From: Andalucia godoyi And28
Taxonomy: Eukaryota; Protista; Jakobida
Direction: 5' to 3'
Length of the DNA stretch: 64,000 nucleotides
Assembly: GCA_009859145.1 (NCBI GenBank)
Contig: VRVR01000011.1
Span: 268,026-332,025 of the forward strand
The stretch's first letter is position 1, and each line of letters starts with the position of its first letter. Shown here in pieces: positions 43,661-54,342 of the stretch. Both the position numbers and the translations under genes were made by a program. The notes beneath the pieces were generated by a model. It did not search any database. It was given only the letters and a program-made list of their open reading frames with translations, and had not been told where the DNA came from.

Positions 43661-43769
43661 TGTTCGAACCAATGTATATTACGATATTTCCCCCCACCAC
43701 CGCCACGACCAAGTGAACTTTGCTTCTTTTTTCTATTTTTTTCTATTTTTTTCTTCAGCAACCACGACA

Positions 43770-46700
43770 TCAAGGTGATCGACATCCTGCAACCTCATCT
43801 ATGTACAGCAAACAGGACGGAGTGAACGTGGTATCAAGCAGATCCACGTAAAGACAGCCCAGCCGACAGAGCTTCACAACCGACAACGGCGACCCATCAT
43901 AGATCTGAATTTCATACGGCGTATCTACGCGAGGAGTTTCGAATTGTGCATACGCGCTGAAGTCATCGTTCTGAAAGATTACAGAACGGAGATTGAAGTT
44001 ACCAGAGAAGGTGACAACTTTCAAGTTTCCCACGGAACCACTGAATGACATGGACCCTCCCACAGACACGTCACTTGAAAACGTATTCAGCGCCCCCTGA
44101 AGCGCAGCAGTCGACTCCATGGTCGCATTCTGGCTAAATTGAACCAAGTCCTCAAAAACAACGCCCGCAGGGGAAGTGAGAACAAGCGGTCCGTTAACAA
44201 GCAGACTGGAAGAGGACGACAAAATGGTAACACTTGCAGACATCCCGACAGAACCGCTGAAGGAGGCAACGGAAGCAGAACTTGCGGTCACTGCACCGTT
44301 CAAGGTCGACGCTCCAGCCAACAGGACGGGACCATTGAAAGTCAAGCTGCTCCCTGTCAGGCTGACTGCACTGGATAATGAAGTTGCTGCTCGAAACGTT
44401 GTTTGCTTCGAGGCGTCCGAAATAGAAAACATTGCGGACGGAGACACAGTGAGATTACCGTACACCGTCGTATCAGCATCGACGACAATGTTTCCTCCTC
44501 CAACAAACATTGAAGAACCCCAAATGTTGACAGAACTCGAAAAATTCGACAAGCTGCCAACAGCAGTTGTCAGACCACCATCGAAAAACACAGGACCGCT
44601 CATCGTAGAATCATTTGACCAGCGAAACTCTTGCGATCCGACCGTCCACGGTCCAGAGGCTGTGAGAAATGCAGTCGCACGAAAATCGACGATGCCGCCA
44701 AAGTTCGTCGTGTGATTCGCGTATACTTCATTCGTGATCGTTACCGCAGCAAACACTGAGAAGGAATCCAACATCGAATAGCCGCTAACATTCAAGAACG
44801 GAGACACAAACAGAGAATGATTAACGTAAGCGCCCTTGAAAAATGTCGCACCCCAGCCAGAACCGCCTAAGAAACTTGAATTCATCGTTACAAACAAGTC
44901 TTTCGAGATTTGCAACCCTGCATCAATATGGCCCACTTCAACATGCGCAGGGGATCCGGCTATTTGAATACCATTCCAAAAGTTGACTGTGCCGTTAGCT
45001 GCAAAGGATCCGGCAAAGCTAGCATTTCCTGCGCAAGACACGTTCGCTGCAAACGACGCGTTGTTCGCAAGGTACAGGGCCGAAGAAAACTCAGCTCCTC
45101 CAGACGCAACGGAGTTTGTACCAATGATCACGCGGTTCGCGAAAACAGAGGTTCCCTTTACGGAGACAGAAGAATTGACCGATGTTACTCCCAATACTGT
45201 GGACGAGCCAGAAACCAACAAGAATCGATCGACTGAGACCGAAGACGCAACTGACATGTTCACGGAGACCGACAGGGAAAGATTGGAGAAAAGAGATGCA
45301 GAAAAGACGGCGGAATCCGCAATAAAACTAGAACCAAAAACATAGACCGTGTCTGCCAGGACAGCGCTTGCAGAAACACTCAGGGTCCCGAGAATGACCA
45401 GAGGTGGGCTGCACACAGCTGAACCCCGGACCGTTGTTCCACCAGCGACGGAGAAATTCTGGTAAAGCGACATCGGGTTGCTTCCGACTGTCAAATTCGT
45501 GCCGAAATTTGAGGAAGACCTGAAAATTGCACTGCCAAGCAACTCAAAAGTGCGAGAAATGTTCATCTGGTTTCCCACAGTAGCACCGTAAACCGAAAGA
45601 TTTGACAGAACTGCCAAGTATTGATTAACATCCAAGACGTTGATCAGCAGAGGAGCTTCCACACGAACCGCGCTTTCGAATGAGGAGGTGTAGCCAGTGA
45701 CGCTCAGGTACCCGGATATTGACAGATTGGAAATACTGGAATACCCTTGCAGCTCGGATCGTTCCTTGAACACGTTTGAAGCATACAGCAGCGCACCCGC
45801 TGCTGAAGATACATTCATCACCGCAGGAGCAGCAGTCTGGAAAACGCCTTGACACTCGGATCCTCCCGATACGCTGACAGCCTTCTCAAACTCTCCTCCG
45901 CCTTCGAAAAACATGGAATTGTTGACGGACATGCCGAATCCACTCAAACTCGAAGAATCTCCAATTTGTGCATTTTTGCCGACCCACAAAGACTGCAGAA
46001 AGAGAGATTGACCTGAGGCTCTCCAATCGGAAAACACTTGTAGAAGACTGGTAGCACTCACGCTCCAATCACCGTACCCATTAATATTCAATCGATGCAC
46101 GGATCCTCCCGAGAACATGATGTCTCTTGTAGCATTAATCACGACATTAAAATCCACAGATCGTTGAAAGACTGTCGTGCCGGAAAAGCTCACAGGGCTT
46201 TCGAAAATGATCTGCTGCCGATACACAGCCAGCACATCGGTGATCTCAAAACTCGGCCGTGAAGACAGCGATGATGCCGACAGTTTAACAATTGCGGGTC
46301 CGTCAAATACTGTCTCATTTGCCAGAAAACGCACCGGTCCACGCAACGTCAGGTTTCCAGAGAAGACCGTTTTCCCTGAAAGAAGCATCTGTTGGGTCGC
46401 AAGCGTGCCTGCGAAAGACGATATGTTGAGTGCAGAGATGCACGTCGCACGCACAAGTTCTGCTTGGTGGAGCACGTCAATGTCGGTAAACAAGCCGTTC
46501 CCGATGAACCCTGACGACGACGAATAAGAAGAAGACGAAGAAGTTGATGATTCCAGAGCGATTCGATCGGTTATGGACATCGATGCAATCCTTGATGTAT
46601 CTGCAATCGACACATTTCCTCCCAGCACGTCCACAGTATGTCCAACTTCAACCCGGAACACATTCCGCACATGTGCTTCTGCGCTCCAATTCGACTGAAA

Positions 46701-47414
46701 AGCACTGAACAGTCCACTGACCACTACGGATCCTCCTGCCGAAATATTGAGCCGCTGAAAGGTCGTTGTATTCAGGAAGAACGACGGGGAATTCACAGTG
46801 AACGTCGGCCCGGAAAACACAAATGGCGCATTTGAAAACGCAGTCGAAGTCGAATCTGACGAGAAAAATTGCATTGCACAAGTCGATTGCGCGACGGCAG
46901 CAGACGACGAAGCGGCGCTTCCGATGCAAAGACTGTCAATTGCTCGGATTCGTGCGGCTGTTAAGTCGCCTGAGATGTGCATGTCGAATTTATCCATGTA
47001 CTGATGCGCATCCATGTAAAACACAATACTGATGCAGAACAGAATAAGCGCAAACACACAGAAAGCGAGCACCGAGCGACGCACCCCAGAGCGAAATGCA
47101 CTTTTGTACTCTTCATTTGGAAGTCTATCGGATCTGCCGCCTTTCGCCGCAAAGTCCCGATCCTGGATTGGTTTCAACCGAAAATTACTTAATGGGGTTG
47201 ACAACGGCGGCGGTGGGACGGTTATGCGCTTCGCCACGGGATTCTGAAATGCAAGAGGATTCCCCAGTGGTGGCGGAAGGGAGGTGGTGGCGGTGCGTGG
47301 GTTTGCTACCTCCTCACGACCATTGGTTCTGTTGTTACTCCTCTGACTACCACTACCACTATCGCTACTGCTGCTGCCGTCTGCGTCCTCTTCAAACTTT
47401 GGAACAGATAACAT
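43770..47414 (-). CDS. Beta-repeat fibre-like type II membrane glycoprotein, paralog 3 (~1214 aa)
   Basis: ORF 43770..47540; likely start MLSVPKFEED at 47414; TM VLAFCVFALILFCISIVFY; same repeat style; Cys-rich C-terminal ~35 aa. Confidence 0.85.
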   Translation of the reverse strand: MLSVPKFEEDADGSSSSDSGSGSQRSNNRTNGREEVANPRTATTSLPPPLGNPLAFQNPVAKRITVPPPPLSTPLSNFRLKPIQDRDFAAKGGRSDRLPNEEYKSAFRSGVRRSVLAFCVFALILFCISIVFYMDAHQYMDKFDMHISGDLTAARIRAIDSLCIGSAASSSAAVAQSTCAMQFFSSDSTSTAFSNAPFVFSGPTFTVNSPSFFLNTTTFQRLNISAGGSVVVSGLFSAFQSNWSAEAHVRNVFRVEVGHTVDVLGGNVSIADTSRIASMSITDRIALESSTSSSSSYSSSSGFIGNGLFTDIDVLHQAELVRATCISALNISSFAGTLATQQMLLSGKTVFSGNLTLRGPVRFLANETVFDGPAIVKLSASSLSSRPSFEITDVLAVYRQQIIFESPVSFSGTTVFQRSVDFNVVINATRDIMFSGGSVHRLNINGYGDWSVSATSLLQVFSDWRASGQSLFLQSLWVGKNAQIGDSSSLSGFGMSVNNSMFFEGGGEFEKAVSVSGGSECQGVFQTAAPAVMNVSSAAGALLYASNVFKERSELQGYSSISNLSISGYLSVTGYTSSFESAVRVEAPLLINVLDVNQYLAVLSNLSVYGATVGNQMNISRTFELLGSAIFRSSSNFGTNLTVGSNPMSLYQNFSVAGGTTVRGSAVCSPPLVILGTLSVSASAVLADTVYVFGSSFIADSAVFSASLFSNLSLSVSVNMSVASSVSVDRFLLVSGSSTVLGVTSVNSSVSVKGTSVFANRVIIGTNSVASGGAEFSSALYLANNASFAANVSCAGNASFAGSFAANGTVNFWNGIQIAGSPAHVEVGHIDAGLQISKDLFVTMNSSFLGGSGWGATFFKGAYVNHSLFVSPFLNVSGYSMLDSFSVFAAVTITNEVYANHTTNFGGIVDFRATAFLTASGPWTVGSQEFRWSNDSTMSGPVFFDGGLTTAVGSLSNFSSSVNIWGSSMFVGGGNIVVDADTTVYGNLTVSPSAMFSISDASKQTTFRAATSLSSAVSLTGSSLTFNGPVLLAGASTLNGAVTASSASVASFSGSVGMSASVTILSSSSSLLVNGPLVLTSPAGVVFEDLVQFSQNATMESTAALQGALNTFSSDVSVGGSMSFSGSVGNLKVVTFSGNFNLRSVIFQNDDFSAYAQFETPRVDTPYEIQIYDGSPLSVVKLCRLGCLYVDLLDTTFTPSCLLYIDEVAGCRSP

Positions 47415-48031
47415 CACGCTTGCTTCGTCACTACGAACGTAACGGACAGCAGAGCGTGACACAAACGCAGAAAAAAAAAGTATTACCCTCCAACCCCAAC
47501 CTCTCCCAAACACTGAGCCCGCCCGCATGCTGCGCCTCAAACAGATTATTTGTCGTTAAAAAAGGGACTTTTTATTTTACAGTCAGCATCAGCGCCCATC
47601 CAATGAGTTTTCTGCAATCTGCCGAAGAAAAAGATCGGTCTTCATTCAACAGCAACGTCGACGGCTGCCAGCTCAGCCATATTATTTGATGATAATATCA
47701 CAGCCGTTTCTCCAGACGTTTGGGTTGGAGGGTTATAATAAATATAGTAAAACATGGATTCCAATCGTTTCATTTCCTTTCTTTGGCGGTGTCCGCACAT
47801 CAGTGGGCATCAATGGATGACAAGAGGACAAAAGAAGTCTTCCCCGATCGGGAATTCGGGAATTCGGGAGTTTCCAATTTCCCCATTTCCCGAATTTCCT
47901 ATTCCTGTTCCCTCCAACTCCCAGAGAACATCAGAGAGCGTTTTCCCCTGAGAAATCGTCAGTGCGGCATCGCAATTCAGGAGGCAACCGTTTTTATTGC
48001 TACTGTATCGTTGAATCCCACCCACCCTGAA

Positions 48032-49144
48032 ATGTCGAGGTGTGCACTTCGGTGTTTGTGGACATTTCTGCTGGTCTGCCTGCTTTGGCTGAGCGGACCG
48101 TTGCATGCAGAGACTGTGATCCCGTTGGCAAATACAACGGGATTGACGACAATTCGAACAGAATCGTTATTGTTTCGAAGTGGGACCCATGTTGCCGAGA
48201 TCACAGTTTTCGAAAAGATGTTCTTGTTGTATGCAGCAAATGGCAGCAATCTGCAACTTGCGCAAACGTTGGATGTTTCTTCAAAGTTTACGGGCTCAAG
48301 AGCTGCTTCGACAAACTGGGTACTCCTTCCCATTTTTGCTGCAGATACCCGACTGTTTTATCTTTCTCGAGATGTGTCAACTTTGCGATTCTCGATTCAT
48401 TCGCTGCATCTCAATACGACGACGTCTGCATTTGCAGATGAGCCGTTGCTGGATGTTTACACAGGTTCTTCGATTCTGTCTGCATCGGCATCATCCGATG
48501 ATCGATTTCTCTACTCTTCATTCCAAACTCCCAACACTTCGATCATTGTTTCAACGTATGATTCCGTTTCGTCCACTTGGTCCGCAACGACGCTTTTCAC
48601 AGCGCGAAACATTTGGCTTGTGGAGGCATCTGCGCGATTTGCTGTCGTGTACAAGCTGCGTGCAAAAGAACTGCAGATCCACGATCTCGACGCAAGTCCG
48701 CAGTCGAATATTATTCAAACTCTGTCGTTCTCCGATATTGTAGAGGACGTGAAACTCTCGGGAAGCACGCTGCTTGGACATCACATGATCGTCAAGCTGC
48801 TGACGGCAACTACCTCGCTGCGGTATTACCAATGGGATGCCGTGCAGTCGCAATTTGCACTCCGGAATTCGTCATTTACGCTTTCCAGCACGTTTGGAAG
48901 AAAGTACTCCATTGCGCCTCAGTGGATTGGCGTTGCACTCGACACTGGTGTTTGCCAGCTGTGGTTTGCAGACCCACTGACTGCCCAGTACCAAAATCTG
49001 ACATTGACACATTCCTTCTCGGCCCAGCGCTGCAAATCCATTGATGTTGCTTCCACAGCGACGCACGCCGCTCGCGTCCGAATCCAGTCGGAAAGCATCC
49101 TGGACGGTTCGTTTGTCCGAGTGTTTGATGTGTCATATTCGTGA
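48032..49144 (+). CDS. Secreted beta-propeller-like protein (~370 aa)
   Basis: Signal peptide MSRCALRCLWTFLLVCLLWLSGPLHA in frame within ORF 47720..49144; all-beta composition with LQLAQTL / IIQTLSF repeats and sequons. Confidence 0.7.
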   Translation: MSRCALRCLWTFLLVCLLWLSGPLHAETVIPLANTTGLTTIRTESLLFRSGTHVAEITVFEKMFLLYAANGSNLQLAQTLDVSSKFTGSRAASTNWVLLPIFAADTRLFYLSRDVSTLRFSIHSLHLNTTTSAFADEPLLDVYTGSSILSASASSDDRFLYSSFQTPNTSIIVSTYDSVSSTWSATTLFTARNIWLVEASARFAVVYKLRAKELQIHDLDASPQSNIIQTLSFSDIVEDVKLSGSTLLGHHMIVKLLTATTSLRYYQWDAVQSQFALRNSSFTLSSTFGRKYSIAPQWIGVALDTGVCQLWFADPLTAQYQNLTLTHSFSAQRCKSIDVASTATHAARVRIQSESILDGSFVRVFDVSYS

Positions 49145-49392
49145 TTCCGCGTGGTTTGGTGTGTCTTCGGTTTTTTTTTTTTTTTTTGATTTGCACTGTC
49201 TCCGGATATCCTTACCTTTCTCCCATTTGATCAATGTACATTTTTATGAATGAAAACACAATGCGCGTTCTTCACTCTCATATCTTCCACGTCCATGGCA
49301 AGGGACAAGAAAAGGAACTCGGCTGTCCTGGAGAGGACGAGGAGAAAAAGAAAGAAAGAAAGATAGAAAAAAAGATGAAATCAACCATCACT

Positions 49393-50307
49393 TCAATTCT
49401 TGAACCACGGATGTTCCATCGCGGTCGCAGCAGAGATTCTAGCGTTTGGATCCCATTGCAGGAATCGCAAGAGCAAGTCTGCTCCAAGAGCGTCGTCGGC
49501 AAGTCTGGGACACAGCTCCGCGATCGACAGTCCATTGTTGTTGCTGTTGTGATGCAGGCCCCCGTGGGCCGCAGAATCAAGCGCTCGCATGAGCGAGTCC
49601 CAGTGCGGGAGTTCTCTCATGGTTTGCAAGACTCCGTTAGCAGCTGGAGGCAGCCCAACCCCGTGCACAATCTTTGCCATTTGGTCTGCTTCGTTTCTAC
49701 CTGGGAACAAGGGCTTGCCGGTGACCATTTCGGCGAAGATGCATCCAACTGACCACATATCCACCGGTGTTCCATAATGATGTGACCCAAGGAGCACGTC
49801 GGGTGCGCGATACCACAGAGTGACTACTTCATGCGTGTACTTGCGAACTGGAATTCCAAATGCTCGAGCCAGCCCGAAATCCGCAAGCTTCAAATCCAGT
49901 CCAGAGGAAATCAGCAAATTCTGAGGTTTTAGATCTCGATGCAGCACATTTCTTGCATGGCAGAACGCAGTTCCGCGCAGAAGCTGCAGCAAAAGAGACT
50001 TGATTGTAGCAATTGGCACAGGCTTGTGTGCATCCAAGTACTTCTTCAGATCCATATCAAGAAACTCAAACACCAAAGTAAGCTTTCGATCTGTGTGGAT
50101 CACATCCTGCAACCGAACAATGTTCGGATGTCGAAGCTCTTTCAGCAGCGAGATCTCTCGGATTGCTGTGGACGGGACTCCTTCGTCCTCCGAGTCAAGA
50201 CGGATCCGCTTCAACGCAGTCAACTCGTTCGTCTCGAGATTCCGCGCCTTGTACACAACTCCATACGTACCTTCTCCAATTTTTTCTAGTTTTTGATACT
50301 TTTGCAT
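49393..50307 (-). CDS. cdc2: PSTAIRE cyclin-dependent kinase (CDK1/2/5-related)
   Basis: [55 protein letters not shown] and [12 protein letters not shown]. Confidence 0.95.
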   Translation of the reverse strand: MQKYQKLEKIGEGTYGVVYKARNLETNELTALKRIRLDSEDEGVPSTAIREISLLKELRHPNIVRLQDVIHTDRKLTLVFEFLDMDLKKYLDAHKPVPIATIKSLLLQLLRGTAFCHARNVLHRDLKPQNLLISSGLDLKLADFGLARAFGIPVRKYTHEVVTLWYRAPDVLLGSHHYGTPVDMWSVGCIFAEMVTGKPLFPGRNEADQMAKIVHGVGLPPAANGVLQTMRELPHWDSLMRALDSAAHGGLHHNSNNNGLSIAELCPRLADDALGADLLLRFLQWDPNARISAATAMEHPWFKN

Positions 50308-50852
50308 TCTGACGTTCCCTCTCCACCTCTCAAGAATTACAAAGACTCCACCAGAAAAACAAAACAAACAACCAAACAACAACGTAGAAATTAAGAAAAT
50401 AAAAAAAAACTATGTATAGTAAACCGAAACTTGTAACGTGCGTCTCACAAGTCTCCCTCAACAACAAACGCGTCAATGAAACGTGCTTCTTTTTGACTTG
50501 TTGATTTTAGTGGGTTTTTGTTTTGAATACTCGAAGATCGAAGGAAAAACGTGTGGGGATTATCTTGTCACTCAGAGAGCTTTTTTTGGAGTTCGGAGAT
50601 GTAGCATCACAGCATCAAGTCATGCAGCCCTCTTCTCTTTTTTCCGGAGAACCCGGAGACGTTATTCGACAAATGACCAAATGATTCACTCTCCTACGCA
50701 TTGGGCAGTGTTTTGCCCGAGTACGCAAATGCACAATCTTCATTTCCGTTCGTTTTTTACTGTTCTGATTTCGTGTTTAAAAGAGTCGGTTAGGTAATCA
50801 AGTCGAGTCGAGGTGGGGCGAGTTGAGGTAAGGGCAGGGTGTGAAACGAAGA

Positions 50853-52142
50853 ATGTCGTATCGAGAGCTTCGGAATTTCACGGAATCACTTCGAACACTT
50901 GGGTATCCGCGACCGGTGTCGCTTGAGCAGCTCCGCGTTCCTAATTTTGTATTGATGGCAGACATGCTATCGTGGCTTTCACGCCGCTATGATCCCGCGA
51001 TCGATGTTCCATTTGATGTGTCCTCGGACGCTGGAAGCGAGGCAGCGCGAGTTGCGTTTGTGAAGAACATTTGCTCGCTTCTGCTATCGAAAGCTCGCAT
51101 AAAGATGAACCTGAAGAAGCTGTACTGCTCGGACGGACATGCGGTTCAAGAATTGCTGAAGCTGACGACGATTCTGACTGCCTCTGCCGCACAGTCATCG
51201 GTTGGAGGGCACGATGACGAGAAGGAGTTTGCATCCGGCCTCAACGAAGAAGATGTGTTCAGCCCGATTCCGGCTGCAAAGGTTACAGAGCTGCGCTCGA
51301 TCAACAGCGCATTGACCGGTCAAGGAGCCACGCTGTATGGATTGTTGGCGCAGGAGCCGGAATTGAGATCGGTACGGAACCGCGTGCTTGCCAAGCCGCT
51401 TGATTTGGAAGATGTGCAACACACCATCCAATCTCGGATACAAAAGGCGAAAGCCACAGTTTCGGCGCTCCAGAAGGAGTTTGCGACATATTCGTCTGAT
51501 GCTGAAAACTTGCAAATGAAGATTGAAAAGAAGAAGTCGGAGCTTGAGAGAACAGAAAAGAGATTAAAGTCTCTGGAGACTGTTCGACCGGCGTTTATGG
51601 ATGAGTTTGAAAGGCTCGAGCGCGAACTGGCAGACTTGTTCGTGGTGTACACTGCGAAACAGAGAAATCTCGCGTGGCTGCAGAGCTGCGTTGACACGTC
51701 GAAAAAGAGAGTTGCCGAAAAACAAGGTGCGGCAGATGCACAGTGGTCTGCGCTACGTGAGAAGATGAAGAGCGAAGAGAATGCAATTCTACGAGGGGAG
51801 AATGTAAGCGCAGAGTTGGGGATGGTCAAGGTGTCTGGGTCGCTTGATGCCGACGACGATGAAGACTCGGATGATGAATCTGATGACGACGACGACCTTG
51901 GCGACGGAGTGGCTGGGTTGAATAGCGGAGCACGCTTCATGGGTGGCGGCGGAGACAACGACGAGTCTTCAGACATTTCAGATTTGGATGATGATGGCGA
52001 TCTCATGGATGGCGATGATGATGATGACGATGATGGCGATGATGACGATGATGCTGTTCTCAATGACGGCGACGACGATGGTATTGAAGAAGACGATGGA
52101 GACGGTTCATCAGACATGGATGCCTCTGGAGACGATTTCTAA
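50853..52142 (+). CDS. CLUAP1: Clusterin-associated protein 1 / IFT38 (IFT-B complex)
   Basis: MSYRELRNFTESLRTLGYPRPVSLE..PNF, KLYCSDGHAVQELLK and VRPAFMDEFERLE motifs; Asp-rich tail. Confidence 0.96.
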   Translation: MSYRELRNFTESLRTLGYPRPVSLEQLRVPNFVLMADMLSWLSRRYDPAIDVPFDVSSDAGSEAARVAFVKNICSLLLSKARIKMNLKKLYCSDGHAVQELLKLTTILTASAAQSSVGGHDDEKEFASGLNEEDVFSPIPAAKVTELRSINSALTGQGATLYGLLAQEPELRSVRNRVLAKPLDLEDVQHTIQSRIQKAKATVSALQKEFATYSSDAENLQMKIEKKKSELERTEKRLKSLETVRPAFMDEFERLERELADLFVVYTAKQRNLAWLQSCVDTSKKRVAEKQGAADAQWSALREKMKSEENAILRGENVSAELGMVKVSGSLDADDDEDSDDESDDDDDLGDGVAGLNSGARFMGGGGDNDESSDISDLDDDGDLMDGDDDDDDDGDDDDDAVLNDGDDDGIEEDDGDGSSDMDASGDDF

Positions 52143-52347
52143 TGATCTCTCCAAGTTAGTTTTCAATTACCGGTATTAACTTCATAAGTAAAACAAACCA
52201 AATTACAAAGAACTGTGGCCGAGTTTGCCTCGTTTTACCTCCGCCTTCTGTCTTTCCCTTCTTTTCAAAAATCACGATCTTACACATATTCAAAAGCACA
52301 CGCAAAGTCGAAAAAAAAGTGTCTAATGATGATAAATGCACAGATGC

Positions 52348-53925
52348 TCAGACTCCTGACATTCCGTAGCTTTTGGTCCAGGCTTCGAATCGAGACAGCA
52401 GTTCCCGCGACACAGTAGGCTTGATATTCTGCATTGCTGCTCGGAAATCGGCACAGCTGATGGGTCTTATGGCAAGCAGATCGATGGGCTTCGAAGGATC
52501 CAGCTCCCGAACGGCAATCATGGCCGCCTCCGCACACAAACTCGCAAGATCAGAACCAGAGAATCCAGCAGTACTACGGACAATCCATTCCAAATCTCGC
52601 TGCGTAAGATCATTGTCGTTCTTCTGGATCAGATGCGAAATCAATGCTGCGCGTGCCTTCTCTTCCGGAAGTGGGATGTAAATGCGCTTCGGAAATCTCC
52701 GCAGTGCAGCATCATCCAGATCGTAGGGTCGATTCGTAGCAGCAACGATCAAGACCTTGTCCTTTTCCGTCAATGCCGCTTGAGCACCGTCCATCTGCAC
52801 GAGAAACTCGTTCTTCATTCGTCTCGTCGCATCCGTTTCGCCTTCTGTTCGAGAAGACAGCAACGCATCCACTTCGTCAATAAAAAGCACACTTGGCTGG
52901 AACTTCTTCGCAAGCTCAAACATTTCTCGGACATTCTTCTCCGACTCGCCAACCCACTTTGAAAGCAGCGTCGATGACGTAACGGAGGCAAAGTTGAGAC
53001 CCGCTTCAGAAGCGAGAGCCTTTGCAAGCATGGTCTTTCCAGTACCGGGCTAGATACGCACAAGGAACGAATTCAGTTTCATACCAGTGAACAAAGTCAT
53101 TAGTCAAGGTCATGCAAAGTGGGAAAAGTTCCACTCGAAAACGAAGTGCTGAACAGAAGACAAGAAAAAGAGAGACACATTTCAGAAGGGGGGAACACAT
53201 ACGGGTCCATATAGAAGGATAGCACGTGGGGGTTTCCGCAATCCGGTAAACAAATCTGGTCGCTGCATCGGGAGGATTGCAGATTCATACAAAGATCTCT
53301 TTGCAACATCAAGGCCAGCAATATCGTCCCAAGTCACGCCAGCCTTTCCATTCTTCTCCGCATCACTCCTACCACCGGCATCGGCTGCTGACTTTGAATT
53401 CGAATTCGCTGCCGGCCTTTTTTGTGGTGACGAGCCCTGGCTACTTGATCGGGAAACCTCGTCTGCAAAGCTGGGTATGTCTGTCCTGCACTTCGAATCG
53501 GCTCTTTTGAATCGAGGCGGCGGCGAAGCAGCACGAGAAACCATCGACCCACCTCGATCTCCAGATCGCAGCCCGAGACACTGAGCACCGCCTCCCTTGT
53601 TGTCGTAGAGCAGGAGGCTGCGCTGCTGAGTAGTTTGCTGCAGCCTCTGAGGAACCTGTTCTGAGCGAATTTCATGATATCGCTTTTCCGCATTTGCCGC
53701 CTTCGTCTTCATTTCCACAACAAGCACCGAGTCCGAACTAGCTGCTCTCTTCAGACCTTCTCGGAACACTTCCGCAGACTTTTCATAGTGCTTCAATGCC
53801 TCGATCGATCTGCCAGACTCATCCAGCTTCACCGCATTACGGTAAAACGAATTGGCAATGTCATTGAACTCATACACGCCGCGATCCGCCTCACTGACGT
53901 CCGCGTTTGAGCTCCCGGAACGCAT
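52348..53925 (-). CDS. MIT-domain AAA ATPase, spastin/fidgetin-like microtubule-severing enzyme; 2 exons
   Basis: MIT-like N-terminus; VTWDDIAGL; LLYGP|PGTGKT across intron 53202-53050; [31 protein letters not shown]. Confidence 0.92.
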
Positions 53926-53933
53926 AATCAACC

Positions 53934-53966
53934 TCCAAGTCTCCAAGTCTCCAAGTCTCCAAGTCT
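53934..53966. repeat. (CTCCAAGT)4 tandem repeat in the 5' UTR of the spastin-like gene
   Basis: Read directly. Confidence 0.85.
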
Positions 53967-54342
53967 CTGTGCGAGCCACCAGCGTTTATGAATAAATAAA
54001 TCATCTTCTCGCAAAATCAACAACAGCAGAAGACACTCTGGTGGATTCGGGTTTTCGACTTTCGGGAATTCCCCAATATATGACTGCGAGTGCCGGACCT
54101 CTTCACCAGCAGCAGCACATCACATTCTCCACCTGCTGTAGCCAGTCGACCATTCAGGGCCATTTTACCCTCGGCCTCTGGTACTCCTGGGGGCCTCAGA
54201 GGACGGAAAGCCATAAGCACGGAATCTTTCTGCTACATTTTCTGCACGATTGCTCTCTCTTCACTTTTGCGTCTTACAGGGTACTTTTTTTTTGTTTGTG
54301 GTTCGTCGTGTTATTAGCGCGTGTGTGATTTGCGAGCGTAAC

